Notes: a model not told the origin generated them from the letters alone. A stretch of DNA of 64,000 nucleotides from Bacteroidota bacterium (GCA_030148165.1 JASBTZ010000006.1:31983-95982); one strand, 5' to 3'. Positions 27,138 to 37,853 are shown, counted from the first letter of the stretch. Numbers and translations: made by a program.

Positions 27138-27999
27138 TTTCATAGTAAACCCTTTTTCAGGAGTAAGTAAAAAGGAAAATCTACCTCAATTGATCGAGGA
27201 GCACCTTGATCATGAGCGGTTTGATTATGACATTACTTACACTGAATACAGTCAACACGCCAAGGAATTAGCTAAAGTAGCTGCGGAAAAAGGTGTGAAT
27301 ATTGTCTGTGCTGTGGGTGGTGATGGATCTGTACATGAAGTCGGAACGGCTTTGATCGGAACTAAATCCAAATTGGCTATCATTCCTTCCGGATCGGGAA
27401 ATGGTCTTGCTCGTCACTTGCATATTCCTTTAAATCCTGTAGAAGCAATCAAGTGTATCAATGACAGCAATTCAATCGTGATGGACACGGTACTTGTGAA
27501 TGACAAGTCCTTCCTTGGTGTTGGGGGGTATGGATTCGATGCCTTAATTGCACAAAAGTTTGCCAAGAGACACAAAAGAGGTTTACGCGGATATATCTCA
27601 CTAATCATGCGGGAGTTTTTCAAGTATAACCCAATCAATGTTTCTATTGACCTTGACGGAAAGGTGAAAACTTTGCCTGTTGTGCTCTGTACTGTGGCTA
27701 ATTCATCCCAATTCGGAAATGGATTCGTGGTGTCGCCTAAATCAGACGTAACGGATGGTGAAATTGAACTTTGTATTTTAAAGCCATTCTCAATTTGGCA
27801 CATTCCAATGTTGGTTTACCGATTCTTCAGGAAAAGCAGTCATAAATCCAGGTTTTCCGAAGTAATCCCTTTCAAAAAGGCAAAAATCAAACTTTCTGAA
27901 AAGCTGGCTCATTATGATGGTGAACCGATTGAAGTAAAAAAGGAACTGAACATCAGTGTTGTTCCACATAGTTTGAATATCGTTATCGGTAAGCAATAA
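27121..27999 (+). CDS. Diacylglycerol-kinase-family lipid kinase (YegS/BmrU type)
   Basis: 292 aa with GGDGSVHEV and IIPSGSGNGLAR motifs. It overlaps the preceding gene by 17 nt. Confidence 0.85.
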   Translation: MKEKISFIVNPFSGVSKKENLPQLIEEHLDHERFDYDITYTEYSQHAKELAKVAAEKGVNIVCAVGGDGSVHEVGTALIGTKSKLAIIPSGSGNGLARHLHIPLNPVEAIKCINDSNSIVMDTVLVNDKSFLGVGGYGFDALIAQKFAKRHKRGLRGYISLIMREFFKYNPINVSIDLDGKVKTLPVVLCTVANSSQFGNGFVVSPKSDVTDGEIELCILKPFSIWHIPMLVYRFFRKSSHKSRFSEVIPFKKAKIKLSEKLAHYDGEPIEVKKELNISVVPHSLNIVIGKQ

Positions 28000-28002
28000 C
28001 CT

Positions 28003-28458
28003 ATGCCATTTCTAGAAGCGGATCTCAATAAGATTCTTCCTCTATTGAACAGTTTAAATAAGGATTCTAAGCCTCTGTGGGGAAGCATGTCTGCCCAGAG
28101 AATGATCGAACATCTTTCAGACACAATCGATCTTGCCTTAGGGAAAACAACTGTCAAACTTGAAATCCCTGAAGACAGAGTAGATAAAGCACAGGCATTT
28201 CTATTTAGTGAACACCCGATGCCTAAGAATTTCAAAGTCTCTTTCGCGACCGAAGAAATGAAACTCAGAAACGATCATATTTCTTCTGCAATACAAGAGT
28301 TTGAACGTAAATGGAAGCAGTTTGAAAGCTTCATCGATCAAAATCCGGGTTTTTCTAATCTTCACCCAAACTTTGGAGAATTGAATAAAGACCAATGGAT
28401 CAGGCTTCATCGCAAACATTTGACTCATCACATGGAACAATTCGGTCTTGTGAAATGA
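28003..28458 (+). CDS. DUF1569 (DinB-superfamily) protein
   Basis: 151 aa, four-helix-bundle-like, ending KHLTHHMEQFGL as in DUF1569 proteins I recall. Confidence 0.6.
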   Translation: MPFLEADLNKILPLLNSLNKDSKPLWGSMSAQRMIEHLSDTIDLALGKTTVKLEIPEDRVDKAQAFLFSEHPMPKNFKVSFATEEMKLRNDHISSAIQEFERKWKQFESFIDQNPGFSNLHPNFGELNKDQWIRLHRKHLTHHMEQFGLVK

Positions 28459-28619
28459 CAGCATTGTTACTCTACCCTATCATTCCAGCGATAGTAATGG
28501 GAATACTGAACTGGATTTACTGGAAAAAAAGAGGCTACAACTCCATCCCTCAGCTTTTTGTCGGGATACTAATCTTTTACGGGATTTTCTATGCCTTGTT
28601 TAAATTTCTCTTAACTTGA
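28455..28619 (+). CDS. Small two-TM membrane protein (54 aa)
   Basis: The ATG at 28455 forms an ATGA overlap with the DUF1569 stop. The product is MTALLLYPIIPAIVMGILNWIYWKKRGYNSIPQLFVGILIFYGIFYALF. The track's longer 28395 start lies inside the upstream gene. Confidence 0.4.
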   Translation: MTALLLYPIIPAIVMGILNWIYWKKRGYNSIPQLFVGILIFYGIFYALFKFLLT

Positions 28620-28642
28620 TTCATTAACTTTAGCAGTCGAGA

Positions 28643-29413
28643 ATGAAGCCCATCAATTATCATATAAAAGGTGTTATTGAAACATTCAAGGCATTTGCTG
28701 CCGGTAAGTTTCTCATCTATTTTATTCCTGGCGCAGTGATAACCATTATCTACCTGTATCTGATTGGTGTCACTAGAGGGTATCAGGACGCCATAGATCT
28801 TAACACAGGATATTCTTGGGTCGACTGGGCTACGGGATATGTGAAAGAAGGTATAGACTGGGGCTTTAGTGGACTCTACGGATTACTGGAGTATTTATAT
28901 GCATTCATTATACTTACAGCATTATCTCCATTTAACACGTCACTTGCTGAAAAATTTGATAACTCACTAACCGGAAAGGAATTTGAATTCAATCTTCTAA
29001 GGCTTATTAATGATTTTATTCGAATGATCTTTATCGTAATCCTGGCCATTTTATTGGAATTCTGTTTTATGATAATATACTGGATGCTTTCATGGATCTT
29101 TGGTCTTGATGCGATTGATCCGATAGTTGAATTTATTATTGCCTCATTCTTCTTCGGGTTTTCCTTTTATGATTTTGCTCTAGAACGATATGAAAAGGGC
29201 GTTGGAAGCAGTTTGCACTATGCCTTTTCCAATCCATTGTTGATGATATTAACAGGTGCCATCTTTTTAGGAATCTATCAAATTCCTGTGGTCGGAATCC
29301 CGATATCAGTTGTCCTCGCCGTTATGATCTCAACAGTTGCATATCTATATTCCGAGAAAAAACTACCTAAAGAAAATACTCCAAGTACAGATAAGAACTT
29401 AGATAATGTTTGA
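28643..29413 (+). CDS. EI24/CysZ-like multi-pass membrane protein
   Basis: 256 aa with SPFNTSLAEKF after the second TM helix, resembling the EI24/CysZ signature. Four or more TM helices. Confidence 0.55.
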   Translation: MKPINYHIKGVIETFKAFAAGKFLIYFIPGAVITIIYLYLIGVTRGYQDAIDLNTGYSWVDWATGYVKEGIDWGFSGLYGLLEYLYAFIILTALSPFNTSLAEKFDNSLTGKEFEFNLLRLINDFIRMIFIVILAILLEFCFMIIYWMLSWIFGLDAIDPIVEFIIASFFFGFSFYDFALERYEKGVGSSLHYAFSNPLLMILTGAIFLGIYQIPVVGIPISVVLAVMISTVAYLYSEKKLPKENTPSTDKNLDNV

Positions 29414-30734
29414 AGAATTTAACAAAGTAAGTCTCGAGCAATGGCAAGTAAAGATCGTTAGTGATCTCAAAGGAAAGAGTCATGAGCTATTGGAAAAACA
29501 GGATGATATCGAAGGCATATCTTTTCGATCGTATTATCACCATTCAGAATACTCAAAGAAGAATGATCAACCCGGTCGCTTTCCATACCACAGAGGCTTC
29601 AACGAGCCATCAAACGACTGGGTAAACACTGCTTACATTTTGATTGAAGATGATTCAGCAGCCAATAAGACAGCTGTAAGCAGGTTAATGAGTGGGGCAA
29701 CCGGACTTTGGTTTGTTCAGACTGGCGACACTAATTGGTCAAAAGTACTACAGGGGATTTCATTTGAACACATTAATACGCAATTCAGTGTAACATCACA
29801 AGAAGATCGAACTACCGTGCTGCAATTGGTTGACCCGAATCATATGAATCGAATTAGATTCAACTTTGATCTGATACAAGAGCAAAGCATTTTTCCGGAT
29901 CTATCAGAGCAGCAGTTTGCGAACTACACGATTAACGGATTTGCTGTTCAACAAGCTGGAGCAAATACCTGGCAGGAACTTGCTTTTTGCCTCAACGCTG
30001 GTCATGAATCATTATTACTGCTAATGAAATCCGGAATGAGCATTGATGAAGCCAGTGCTTGCATTCATTTTCATGTAGGTGTTGGTAACAACTATTTCTT
30101 CGAGATCGCTAAACTCCGCGCGCTTAAACTGCTTTGGTCTAATATTATCGATGCCTATTCTCCGGAACATAACTGTACTTATAAATCGAATATAACAGCG
30201 GTCATTGGACACATGAATAAATCATTAGCAGATCCGCACACAAACTTATTACGACAGACGACCGAATCAATGAGTGCGATCTCAGGAAGTGTAGACGAGA
30301 TCGTTATTCTCCCTTACGATCTTTACGCTTCTGAAGGATCTTCGGAACTAGCTGAACGGATGGCACTGAACATTTCATTAATATTAAAAGAAGAATCCTT
30401 TTTTGATAAGGTAACTGACCCCGCAGGAGGTAGTTACAGTGTTGAAATGGCTACTCAGGCTATCGCTTCGAAAGCCTGGGAGTACTTTAAAGAAATGGAA
30501 TCTTTGGGCGGTCTGACTACAGATGAATGCCTTGATCATTTTAAATCAAAGGTTCTGCAAACAGCTAAAATTAGAACAAGAAAATTCCAGAGTGGCGAAA
30601 CAGTAGGTATTGGAATGAATAAATACACATCCGATTCGAAGAGCTCAGTGATCTGGAAAGGTTCGGACTCATATCTCGGATTACCCGCACTGATTCTTGA
30701 AGAAACCATTAAAAACAAACTGCATGAGAGCTGA
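29406..30734 (+). CDS. mutA: Methylmalonyl-CoA mutase small (beta) subunit
   Basis: 442 aa, MCM-fold without the B12 domain ([10 protein letters not shown]). It lies directly upstream of and overlapping mutB. Confidence 0.8.
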   Translation: MFEEFNKVSLEQWQVKIVSDLKGKSHELLEKQDDIEGISFRSYYHHSEYSKKNDQPGRFPYHRGFNEPSNDWVNTAYILIEDDSAANKTAVSRLMSGATGLWFVQTGDTNWSKVLQGISFEHINTQFSVTSQEDRTTVLQLVDPNHMNRIRFNFDLIQEQSIFPDLSEQQFANYTINGFAVQQAGANTWQELAFCLNAGHESLLLLMKSGMSIDEASACIHFHVGVGNNYFFEIAKLRALKLLWSNIIDAYSPEHNCTYKSNITAVIGHMNKSLADPHTNLLRQTTESMSAISGSVDEIVILPYDLYASEGSSELAERMALNISLILKEESFFDKVTDPAGGSYSVEMATQAIASKAWEYFKEMESLGGLTTDECLDHFKSKVLQTAKIRTRKFQSGETVGIGMNKYTSDSKSSVIWKGSDSYLGLPALILEETIKNKLHES

Positions 30735-32853
30735 TTTTTCAAATATTGATTATCAGGAAGCGCTGCGAGGAGCTGATCAGCAAAGCAGTAAAAATTTTAT
30801 CACTTCCGACGGGGTTGAACTGCAGAATTTCTTTGACGATAGCGATATCTCAAAAACGGATCACATCGGCTTTGTATCAGGCATTCCACCTTATCTGAGA
30901 GGACCCTATAGCTCCATGTTTGCTATAAGACCCTGGACGATTAGGCAATACGCAGGTTTTTCGACAGCAGAAGAATCAAACGCCTTTTATCGCAGAAACC
31001 TGGAAGCTGGTCAAAAGGGATTATCTGTGGCCTTTGATCTGGCAACCCACCGAGGATACGACTCCGATCATGAACGGGTAGTTGGAGATGTTGGAAAGGC
31101 TGGGGTCGCTATCGATTCCATTTTAGACATGAAGATCCTTTTCGATCAGATTCCGTTAGATAAGATGTCTGTTTCGATGACGATGAATGGTGCCGTTATT
31201 CCAATCATGGCATTCTATATCGTTGCTGCTGAGGAACAAGGAGTTGACAAGGCAGAGCTTTCCGGTACGATTCAGAACGACATTTTGAAGGAGTTTATGG
31301 TGAGAAACACCTACATATACCCTCCTCAACCCTCAATGCGGATCATATCGGACATTTTTGAATACACTTCCAAATACATGCCTCGTTTCAATTCGATTTC
31401 CGTTTCGGGTTATCACATGCAGGAGGCAGGCGCTACGGCAGCTATTGAACTGGCTTATACGCTTGCTGATGGCTTAGAATATCTTAGAGCAGGAATTAAA
31501 GCCGGATTAGCTATAGATGATTTCGCACCGCGAATCAGCTTCTTTTGGGGTATTGGGATGAATCACTTCACAGAAGTTGCTAAAATGAGGGCTGGTAGAC
31601 TTTTGTGGGCAAAAATCGTAAAGAGTCTGGATGCGAAAGACTCCAAGTCATACGCACTAAGAACCCATTGTCAGACATCCGGATGGAGTCTAACTGAACA
31701 GGATCCCTTTAATAATGTTCCAAGAACCTGTATAGAGGCACTTGCGGCAGCATTAGGTGGAACACAATCATTGCACACGAATGCACTTGACGAAGCTATT
31801 GCACTACCTACCGATTTCTCAGCGCGAATAGCAAGAAACACCCAGATTTATTTACAGGAAGAAACGGGTATTACTCAACACGTTGATCCACTGGGCGGAA
31901 GCTACTATGTGGAAAAATTAACCGAGGAGCTAGTGAATGAGGCCTGGAAGTTAATTGAGGAAATCGAAGAATTAGGCGGAATGGCTAAAGCGATTGAAAC
32001 CGGAATGCCGAAAATGCGAATTGAAGAAGCTGCCGCAAGAAAGCAAGCCAGAATCGATTCAGGTAAAGATGTCATTGTCGGTGTCAACCGGTATCAGGTC
32101 GAAAGTAATGAGCAATTCGAGATCCTGGAGGTCGACAATACGAAAGTTCGTGAATCTCAATTGACCAGATTGGCAGAATTGAAAGCTAAGCGAGATAACA
32201 ATAAAGTTCAAAAGCTACTTAATGAACTAAGCAAAGCTGCTGAAAGCGGAAACAACAACTTGCTTGAAATAGCGGTTGAATGCGCAAGAGAAAGAGCATC
32301 GCTCGGTGAGATCTCGATGGCCATGGAAAAAGCTTTCGGACGTTATGAAGCGACTATCAGATCGATAAGTGGTGTATATTCAAATGAATCTATGGAAGAT
32401 CAGGATTTTAATAAAGCAAAAGCTCTAGCTGACCAATTCAGTCAATTGGAAGGAAGAAGACCACGTATTATGGTGGCAAAGATGGGACAGGACGGTCATG
32501 ACAGAGGTGCAAAGGTAATTGCAACCTCTTTCGCGGACATCGGATTTGATGTCGATATTGGTCCTTTATTTCAAACTCCTGCCGAAGCAGCGAAACAAGC
32601 TGTCGAAAATGACGTACACGTGGTAGGAGTATCTTCTTTGGCGGCTGGACATAAGACCTTAGTACCAAAAGTCATTGAAGAACTTAAAGCTTTAGGTCGT
32701 GACGATATAATCGTTGTAGCAGGTGGAGTGATTCCTCAACAAGACTATGATTTCTTGTTTGAAGCAGGAGTTTTTGGAGTTTACGGACCCGGAACTAAAA
32801 TCTCGAAAGCCGCACAGGATATATTAGAGCTATTGATAAAAAGCTATGAATAA
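30724..32853 (+). CDS. mutB: Methylmalonyl-CoA mutase large (alpha) subunit, B12-dependent
   Basis: [47 protein letters not shown], plus the C-terminal B12-binding [11 protein letters not shown]. Start chosen at [10 protein letters not shown]; the track's 30697 start lies deeper inside mutA. Confidence 0.95.
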   Translation: MRADFSNIDYQEALRGADQQSSKNFITSDGVELQNFFDDSDISKTDHIGFVSGIPPYLRGPYSSMFAIRPWTIRQYAGFSTAEESNAFYRRNLEAGQKGLSVAFDLATHRGYDSDHERVVGDVGKAGVAIDSILDMKILFDQIPLDKMSVSMTMNGAVIPIMAFYIVAAEEQGVDKAELSGTIQNDILKEFMVRNTYIYPPQPSMRIISDIFEYTSKYMPRFNSISVSGYHMQEAGATAAIELAYTLADGLEYLRAGIKAGLAIDDFAPRISFFWGIGMNHFTEVAKMRAGRLLWAKIVKSLDAKDSKSYALRTHCQTSGWSLTEQDPFNNVPRTCIEALAAALGGTQSLHTNALDEAIALPTDFSARIARNTQIYLQEETGITQHVDPLGGSYYVEKLTEELVNEAWKLIEEIEELGGMAKAIETGMPKMRIEEAAARKQARIDSGKDVIVGVNRYQVESNEQFEILEVDNTKVRESQLTRLAELKAKRDNNKVQKLLNELSKAAESGNNNLLEIAVECARERASLGEISMAMEKAFGRYEATIRSISGVYSNESMEDQDFNKAKALADQFSQLEGRRPRIMVAKMGQDGHDRGAKVIATSFADIGFDVDIGPLFQTPAEAAKQAVENDVHVVGVSSLAAGHKTLVPKVIEELKALGRDDIIVVAGGVIPQQDYDFLFEAGVFGVYGPGTKISKAAQDILELLIKSYE

Positions 32854-32917
32854 CAATCAATTATTTAGAATTTGTACCTTTATGAAAACTATTTCGGCAC
32901 AGTATTTGAAAACTTGC

Positions 32918-33676
32918 ATGAAAACTAAGAAAGACATGAAAACATTATTTACCTTATTAAGTTTTGTATTCCTGAGTCAATTATCATTTGGTCAGGCTCC
33001 TGATTACGATGATCTTAAGATTCTCTATGCTGATATGAACTACGAGAAGCTAGTTAAAGAAGCAACAAAATATACGGAGGACGACAAAACGAAGAAAGAT
33101 ATTCTACCCTATATATGGTGTGCAAAGGGCTACTATAAAATCTCCAAATCCGGTAATACGGATGACGATTTTAAAAATGCATACAAGGATGCGCTTAAGT
33201 TTTTGTCAAAGGCCTTCAAGTACGATATCAAATACAATGATGGTGTTACCATTGAAGAGGAACGCGAATTCATAGATGAGCTTCAAATGTCACTTGTAGA
33301 AGTGATTGAAAGCGAAGTTTCTCAGGGTGGTTTTGGTTTCAAAAGAGGTTATGCCTGGGGGATCAAATACAAAAAGATCACCATGCATCCGGTAGGTTCT
33401 CTATACATGATGGGAGCTTGTAAAGCTGAAGACAATGATAGAACCACAGCAAGAACGCTATGGCGTGAAGCGGATGACTCTCTTGCTAACGTAACTAGCA
33501 TGGATGATTGGAGTAAGGCTGATCTTAGGATTCTTAAGTTGGGCATCCTCTACTCTGCTTCTTCGTTAAAGAATAGCCGTCAGGAAGATGCTGCACGAGA
33601 ACTTCTTGGAAAAGCCTCTCAATGGTTTGAAGAAGACGAAGATTGGCAGCAATTATATGATATGATAATCAACTAA
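32918..33676 (+). CDS. Hypothetical secreted protein (helical, TPR-like)
   Basis: Signal peptide MKTLFTLLSFVFLSQLSFGQ. In-frame ATGs at 32882, 32918 and 32936 make the exact start uncertain. The track start 32846 overlaps mutB. Confidence 0.55.
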   Translation: MKTKKDMKTLFTLLSFVFLSQLSFGQAPDYDDLKILYADMNYEKLVKEATKYTEDDKTKKDILPYIWCAKGYYKISKSGNTDDDFKNAYKDALKFLSKAFKYDIKYNDGVTIEEEREFIDELQMSLVEVIESEVSQGGFGFKRGYAWGIKYKKITMHPVGSLYMMGACKAEDNDRTTARTLWREADDSLANVTSMDDWSKADLRILKLGILYSASSLKNSRQEDAARELLGKASQWFEEDEDWQQLYDMIIN

Positions 33677-33680
33677 ATAG

Positions 33681-33707
33681 AAAAGCCCTCGATTGAGGGC
33701 TTTTTTT
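33681..33707. terminator. Bidirectional intrinsic terminator between convergent genes
   Basis: Perfect 10-bp stem aaaagccctc / gagggctttt with loop gatt, flanked by A- and T-runs. Confidence 0.8.
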
Positions 33708-34551
33708 ATATCTCTATTCCTACAACACAGACATCGTCGATCTGTTCAAGCTGACCTTTCCAGTCCGTAAAGGACAACTCAAGAAGTTTTTTCTGCTTGT
33801 CAAACTCGTATTCATCAAGAGCTTTCAACATATTTCGAAATCGTTTTCGATTAAACTTCTTTACGTTATCGCCACCAAACTGATCAGTATACCCATCAGT
33901 AAATAAATAGAACCGATCACCTTTTTCTAAACCGAATTCAATTGTTTCAAACACTTTTTCTACCTCGTCACTGTATCCGACACAGCTGCTGCTTCTCGGA
34001 ATTTCATACAGCTGCTCATCCCGTATCATGATTAGTGGTCTACCAGCGGTACAACATGAACCGGTTAAAGCTGTAAGATTGAATTTACATAATACGATGT
34101 CCATGCCATCACGGGTTTGTCCATTGGTACGGTTGTCGTTGAATAAAGCAGTCAATTCCTCATCCAGCAATTCAATAATCTTAGCAGGATCTTCCACTCC
34201 TTCTGTTCGAATAATCTGCCGAAGTATGGTATTGCCTGCAATGTTCAGAAGTGCTCCAGGAATTCCGTGTCCAGTACAATCAGCAACTGCAAAATATACA
34301 GCGTTATCATAATTTGCAATCCAATAAAAATCACCACTAACGATGTCCTTTGGTTTAAACAATACAAAGGCATCTTCGAACACATTTCTGAAGAGCTGTT
34401 CATTTGGTAATACCGATTGCTGTAAGCTTCCGGCATATCGCATGCTCTGTTCCAGCTCAATTGTCTTCTTCTCCAAAGAAGTAAGCTTCTCCTGTAAGTC
34501 TTCTGCTTCACCAACGAGGCTAACAGAAGCTTTTACACTAACTGTTTCCAT
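33706..34551 (-). CDS. PP2C-family (SpoIIE/RsbU-type) protein serine phosphatase
   Basis: 281 aa. An N-terminal coiled coil is followed by SGDFYW, ADCTGHGIPGALL and LFTDGYTDQFG motifs. Confidence 0.8.
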   Translation of the reverse strand: METVSVKASVSLVGEAEDLQEKLTSLEKKTIELEQSMRYAGSLQQSVLPNEQLFRNVFEDAFVLFKPKDIVSGDFYWIANYDNAVYFAVADCTGHGIPGALLNIAGNTILRQIIRTEGVEDPAKIIELLDEELTALFNDNRTNGQTRDGMDIVLCKFNLTALTGSCCTAGRPLIMIRDEQLYEIPRSSSCVGYSDEVEKVFETIEFGLEKGDRFYLFTDGYTDQFGGDNVKKFNRKRFRNMLKALDEYEFDKQKKLLELSFTDWKGQLEQIDDVCVVGIEI

Positions 34552-34803
34552 CTTAAATACTTAATAAACTTGAACTTCCGGGTTTGATCTGAATGAGCTC
34601 CGGCACTCATTTTTATTCGCTATTATCTAGTCCAAATGGAATAAGACATATGCATTTCACGCCAAATGTGAATGACGCAATTAATGGGGTGCATATTAAA
34701 TAGCCTTTGTTGCATGGTGCCAAAATTAGTATAAGTTTCCAGTTATTGGTCCAACGCGTAAAAGAATTTTATCGTTTTGTATATTTAGGGGAATTATTGG
34801 ACC

Positions 34804-36312
34804 ATGTTGAGATCAATTCTTTTAGTAACAAGTTTTCTAGCGCTGTTCACAGCCAACGGTCAAACCTATGACCCCTTCTTTGGAAGTGTTGTTGCCAATT
34901 ACAATTACGACAGCATTTTAGCAAACTTGAATCAATTTGAAGCTTTTGGAGTTAAAGAGGTTGGAACGACAGCTATTTCAAATGCTCAAAACTGGATCGT
35001 AGACAAGTATACGAGCTACGGATATACCAATATTACAGTTGATTCTTTTACTTACTTCGGGAACACAACAGCGAACATCATTATTGAAAAACAGGGATGT
35101 CAATATCCAAACACCTATGTGATCGTTGACGGTCATTACGACACTAAAAATGGTCCGGGAACGAATGACAACGGCTCAGGGACGGCAATTATTCTGGAAA
35201 TAGCCCGCTTGTTGAAAGAAGTTGATACCAAGTATAGCATTCGCTTTATCCATTTTTCCGGCGAAGAGGATGGTTTAAAAGGAAGTCAGGATTATGTGAA
35301 CACAGTTGTTATCCCGCAAAGTATGGATATTAAAGTTGTATTTAATATCGATGAGGTGGGTGGAGTTGACGGCATGATTAATAATACCATCGTTTGTGAA
35401 CGAGATGAAGGTACACCGCTCTTTAACAATGCTCAGTCGGCTGTAATAACAGACGAATTGGTTGCTTGCGTTGGCTTGTATTCGAACTTAAATACGACCA
35501 TTTCCTTCGCCTATGCATCCGATTACATGCCATTTGAAGAGAATGGAGAAATCATCACCGGATTCTATGAGTACAATGAAAGTCCATATGCTCATACGAG
35601 CAGTGATATACTCGCAAACATGGATCCGGCATATGTGCACGAAGTAGGCAAAGCTGCCTGTGGAGCAACGATGCATTTTGCCGAAGCATATGATATGACT
35701 TCGATTCTTGCCGAAGCTTGTGATTCTTACATTTCTCCAAGTGGTAATTATACCTGGACATCTAGCGGTGTCTACAATGATACCGTAACGACCATAGCAG
35801 GTTGTGATTCCATTCTCGAAATTGATCTTACCATCAATACAGTAGATGCGTCTGTAACTCTCATTGATAGCACCATATTTGTTTCAAACACGAATGCTGA
35901 CAGTTACCAATGGGTTGATTGTGATAATGGATATGCCCCCATATCAGGAGCAACTGGCACACAGTTTACACCAACTTACACTGGAAATTTTGCAGTGATC
36001 GTTACGACAGGGTCGTGTACTGATACAAGTGCCTGTAACTATGTTCAATTAAGCAATATCAATACTTTGCCGGAAGAAGTAATTCAGGTGTACCCCAACC
36101 CTGCTTCAAATGAATTACATATTTTTTCGGGTAATTATACTGAATACCACTGGACAATCAGTGATGTTTCAGGAAAGGTCATATCAACAGGTGAGCAATT
36201 TAGTTCTGAACAAACAATCAATATAAGTAGGATGCGATCCGGTTTCTATTATCTAAACATTCGACTAGTAAACGGACAACATTATCGAACACGCTTTGTG
36301 GTTAACAAGTAA
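34804..36312 (+). CDS. M28-family aminopeptidase with a T9SS C-terminal sorting domain
   Basis: 502 aa with a signal peptide and the M28 core DGHYDT...NDNGSGTA...FSGEEDGLKGS. The last ~75 aa (VYPNPASNELHIF...SGFYYLNIRL...RFVVNK) match the type-A Por_Secre_tail pattern. Confidence 0.85.
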   Translation: MLRSILLVTSFLALFTANGQTYDPFFGSVVANYNYDSILANLNQFEAFGVKEVGTTAISNAQNWIVDKYTSYGYTNITVDSFTYFGNTTANIIIEKQGCQYPNTYVIVDGHYDTKNGPGTNDNGSGTAIILEIARLLKEVDTKYSIRFIHFSGEEDGLKGSQDYVNTVVIPQSMDIKVVFNIDEVGGVDGMINNTIVCERDEGTPLFNNAQSAVITDELVACVGLYSNLNTTISFAYASDYMPFEENGEIITGFYEYNESPYAHTSSDILANMDPAYVHEVGKAACGATMHFAEAYDMTSILAEACDSYISPSGNYTWTSSGVYNDTVTTIAGCDSILEIDLTINTVDASVTLIDSTIFVSNTNADSYQWVDCDNGYAPISGATGTQFTPTYTGNFAVIVTTGSCTDTSACNYVQLSNINTLPEEVIQVYPNPASNELHIFSGNYTEYHWTISDVSGKVISTGEQFSSEQTINISRMRSGFYYLNIRLVNGQHYRTRFVVNK

Positions 36313-36383
36313 CCAACATTCCGTTATTTAAAACCTTTCGGCACATCTTTCTTTGAATATGGAAACTACTATATCTTTATAGT

Positions 36384-36668
36384 GTGAAACGATTTCTTCC
36401 ATATATCAAAAACAAGTTTATTCTTGCGACGTGCATTTTTCTTGTCTATGCATTATTCCTGGATGAAAATGACATCTTCACGATTATTACTGAAAAGAGA
36501 AAGCTAAGTAAACTGGAAGAGCTGAAATCGGAAACGCAGTCAAAACTGGACGAAGCAAACAAGACCCTCGCACGTTTGAAGCATCTCTCCGAAGTGGAGC
36601 GTTTTGCACGAGAAAAGAAATTCTTCAAAAAGGATGATGAGGATGTTTTCGTAATCTTTTATGAATAG
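36384..36668 (+). CDS. Septum formation initiator (FtsB/DivIC-like) protein
   Basis: 94 aa with a GTG start, one TM helix (FILATCIFLVYALFL), then a coiled coil. Confidence 0.6.
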   Translation: MKRFLPYIKNKFILATCIFLVYALFLDENDIFTIITEKRKLSKLEELKSETQSKLDEANKTLARLKHLSEVERFAREKKFFKKDDEDVFVIFYE

Positions 36669-36671
36669 GAA

Positions 36672-37844
36672 TTATTGAAAATCTGACTCTTCATTAAACT
36701 CGTTGAGTTCATCCAGATCAACAATTTTGACATCATTAAAATAGTAGTGAGCAATTTGTCGGTATGAGTATCCGGCCTTTGCCATTTCCATTGCACCTTC
36801 CTGGCAGAGTCCGACACCATGACCAAAACCTCTTCCTTCCAGTACGATCATATTACCCTCGAGTGAAACATTAAAGAATGTCGATTTCAAGCGAAACTCA
36901 TTTCGTAAATCTCGCAATGGTATTCCCAGAGATGGATGAATGAAAAAAGCCATTCGTTGATCCTGCTTAAACTGAGATGCAAGCTTTCTCATGACCGGAT
37001 CCTCTATTGGAAATCCATACTCTTTTTTTAGAAAAGCAAACCACTTACTTGCTTCGATCTTTTTAGTCCAGGTCGCCTGCCAGGTTTTAGTGCAGAATGT
37101 GTCGATAAATGTCTCGCAGTAAGGAACGCTGGTATTCCAGACATAAGATGCATCACAGGTCTGACCACCACAGTTTGCATGGAAATAAGTTGTCAGTGTC
37201 TTGTTGTTTTTATCAACAATAACTTCCCCGGAGGTAGAGCGTACGGCTTCACTAATTGGACCTTCTTTTTTTAACATGTTATGATACGCCTGACAATGAA
37301 CTCCGTCACACACAGAAAACCCTTCTTTTTGATGTCTCCGAAAATTTTGCATGGCATAAGTCCGGCACATCAGGGCCTGAACTTTATAATACTCCAGATG
37401 TCTGCCTCCTCCTCCTTCTGAATAAATTACTCCATCCAGGTAATTATTCATATCAACAAGATTAATTACCTGCAGTCGATTTGAAGAACTACTAATTTCA
37501 AAGTTGTCTCTGTAATGATGAGTTTTAGAACCTGGGGTAATCGATCTAAGTTGCATATAAGCCGCATCCTCGTTGCTTATCAACCTGATTGTATCTCCAA
37601 TAAAATTACCCAAACGGTCATGGTGCATTGACACCTTAGAACCATTTAATTCGACTGAAAGAAATGCTCCTTCTTCAATTATTCCTATTTCCAATGAATC
37701 CAGAAGCAAGGTATAGCTGCCCTTTTGAGAAGTAAATTGCGCAGAGCGAATCTTGACAGTACGCAAAAGTCCCACTCGAAGCTCTTGAGAAAAGCTGAGT
37801 GTAACATTTAAAAAAATGATAATGATCAATAAACTTCGCACCAT
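36672..37844 (-). CDS. SpoIID/LytB domain protein
   Basis: 390 aa with VHCQAY, HANCGGQT and GFGHGVGLCQEGAMEMA motifs. Confidence 0.85.
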   Translation of the reverse strand: MVRSLLIIIIFLNVTLSFSQELRVGLLRTVKIRSAQFTSQKGSYTLLLDSLEIGIIEEGAFLSVELNGSKVSMHHDRLGNFIGDTIRLISNEDAAYMQLRSITPGSKTHHYRDNFEISSSSNRLQVINLVDMNNYLDGVIYSEGGGGRHLEYYKVQALMCRTYAMQNFRRHQKEGFSVCDGVHCQAYHNMLKKEGPISEAVRSTSGEVIVDKNNKTLTTYFHANCGGQTCDASYVWNTSVPYCETFIDTFCTKTWQATWTKKIEASKWFAFLKKEYGFPIEDPVMRKLASQFKQDQRMAFFIHPSLGIPLRDLRNEFRLKSTFFNVSLEGNMIVLEGRGFGHGVGLCQEGAMEMAKAGYSYRQIAHYYFNDVKIVDLDELNEFNEESDFQ

Positions 37845-37845
37845 T

Positions 37846-37853
37846 CAAATTTA
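37846..37853 (-). promoter_or_regulatory. -7 box TAAATTTG immediately upstream of the SpoIID-domain gene
   Basis: Exact TAnnTTTG match on the minus strand, only 2-9 nt from the ATG. This would imply a leaderless transcript. Read-through from lpxB is an alternative. Confidence 0.25.

Noticed and set aside
27414-28464. Minus-strand ORFs of 129, 68, 107 and 87 aa opposite the lipid kinase and DUF1569 genes
   Set aside because: They are antisense shadows with no recognisable motifs. The plus-strand genes are tightly coupled and motif-supported.
32882-32943. Three in-frame ATGAAAAC (Met-Lys-Thr) starts within 55 nt at the head of the 32846-33676 ORF as a possible regulatory repeat
   Set aside because: This is most simply a coincidence of an AT-rich, Lys-rich signal-peptide n-region. 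It only makes the exact start ambiguous.
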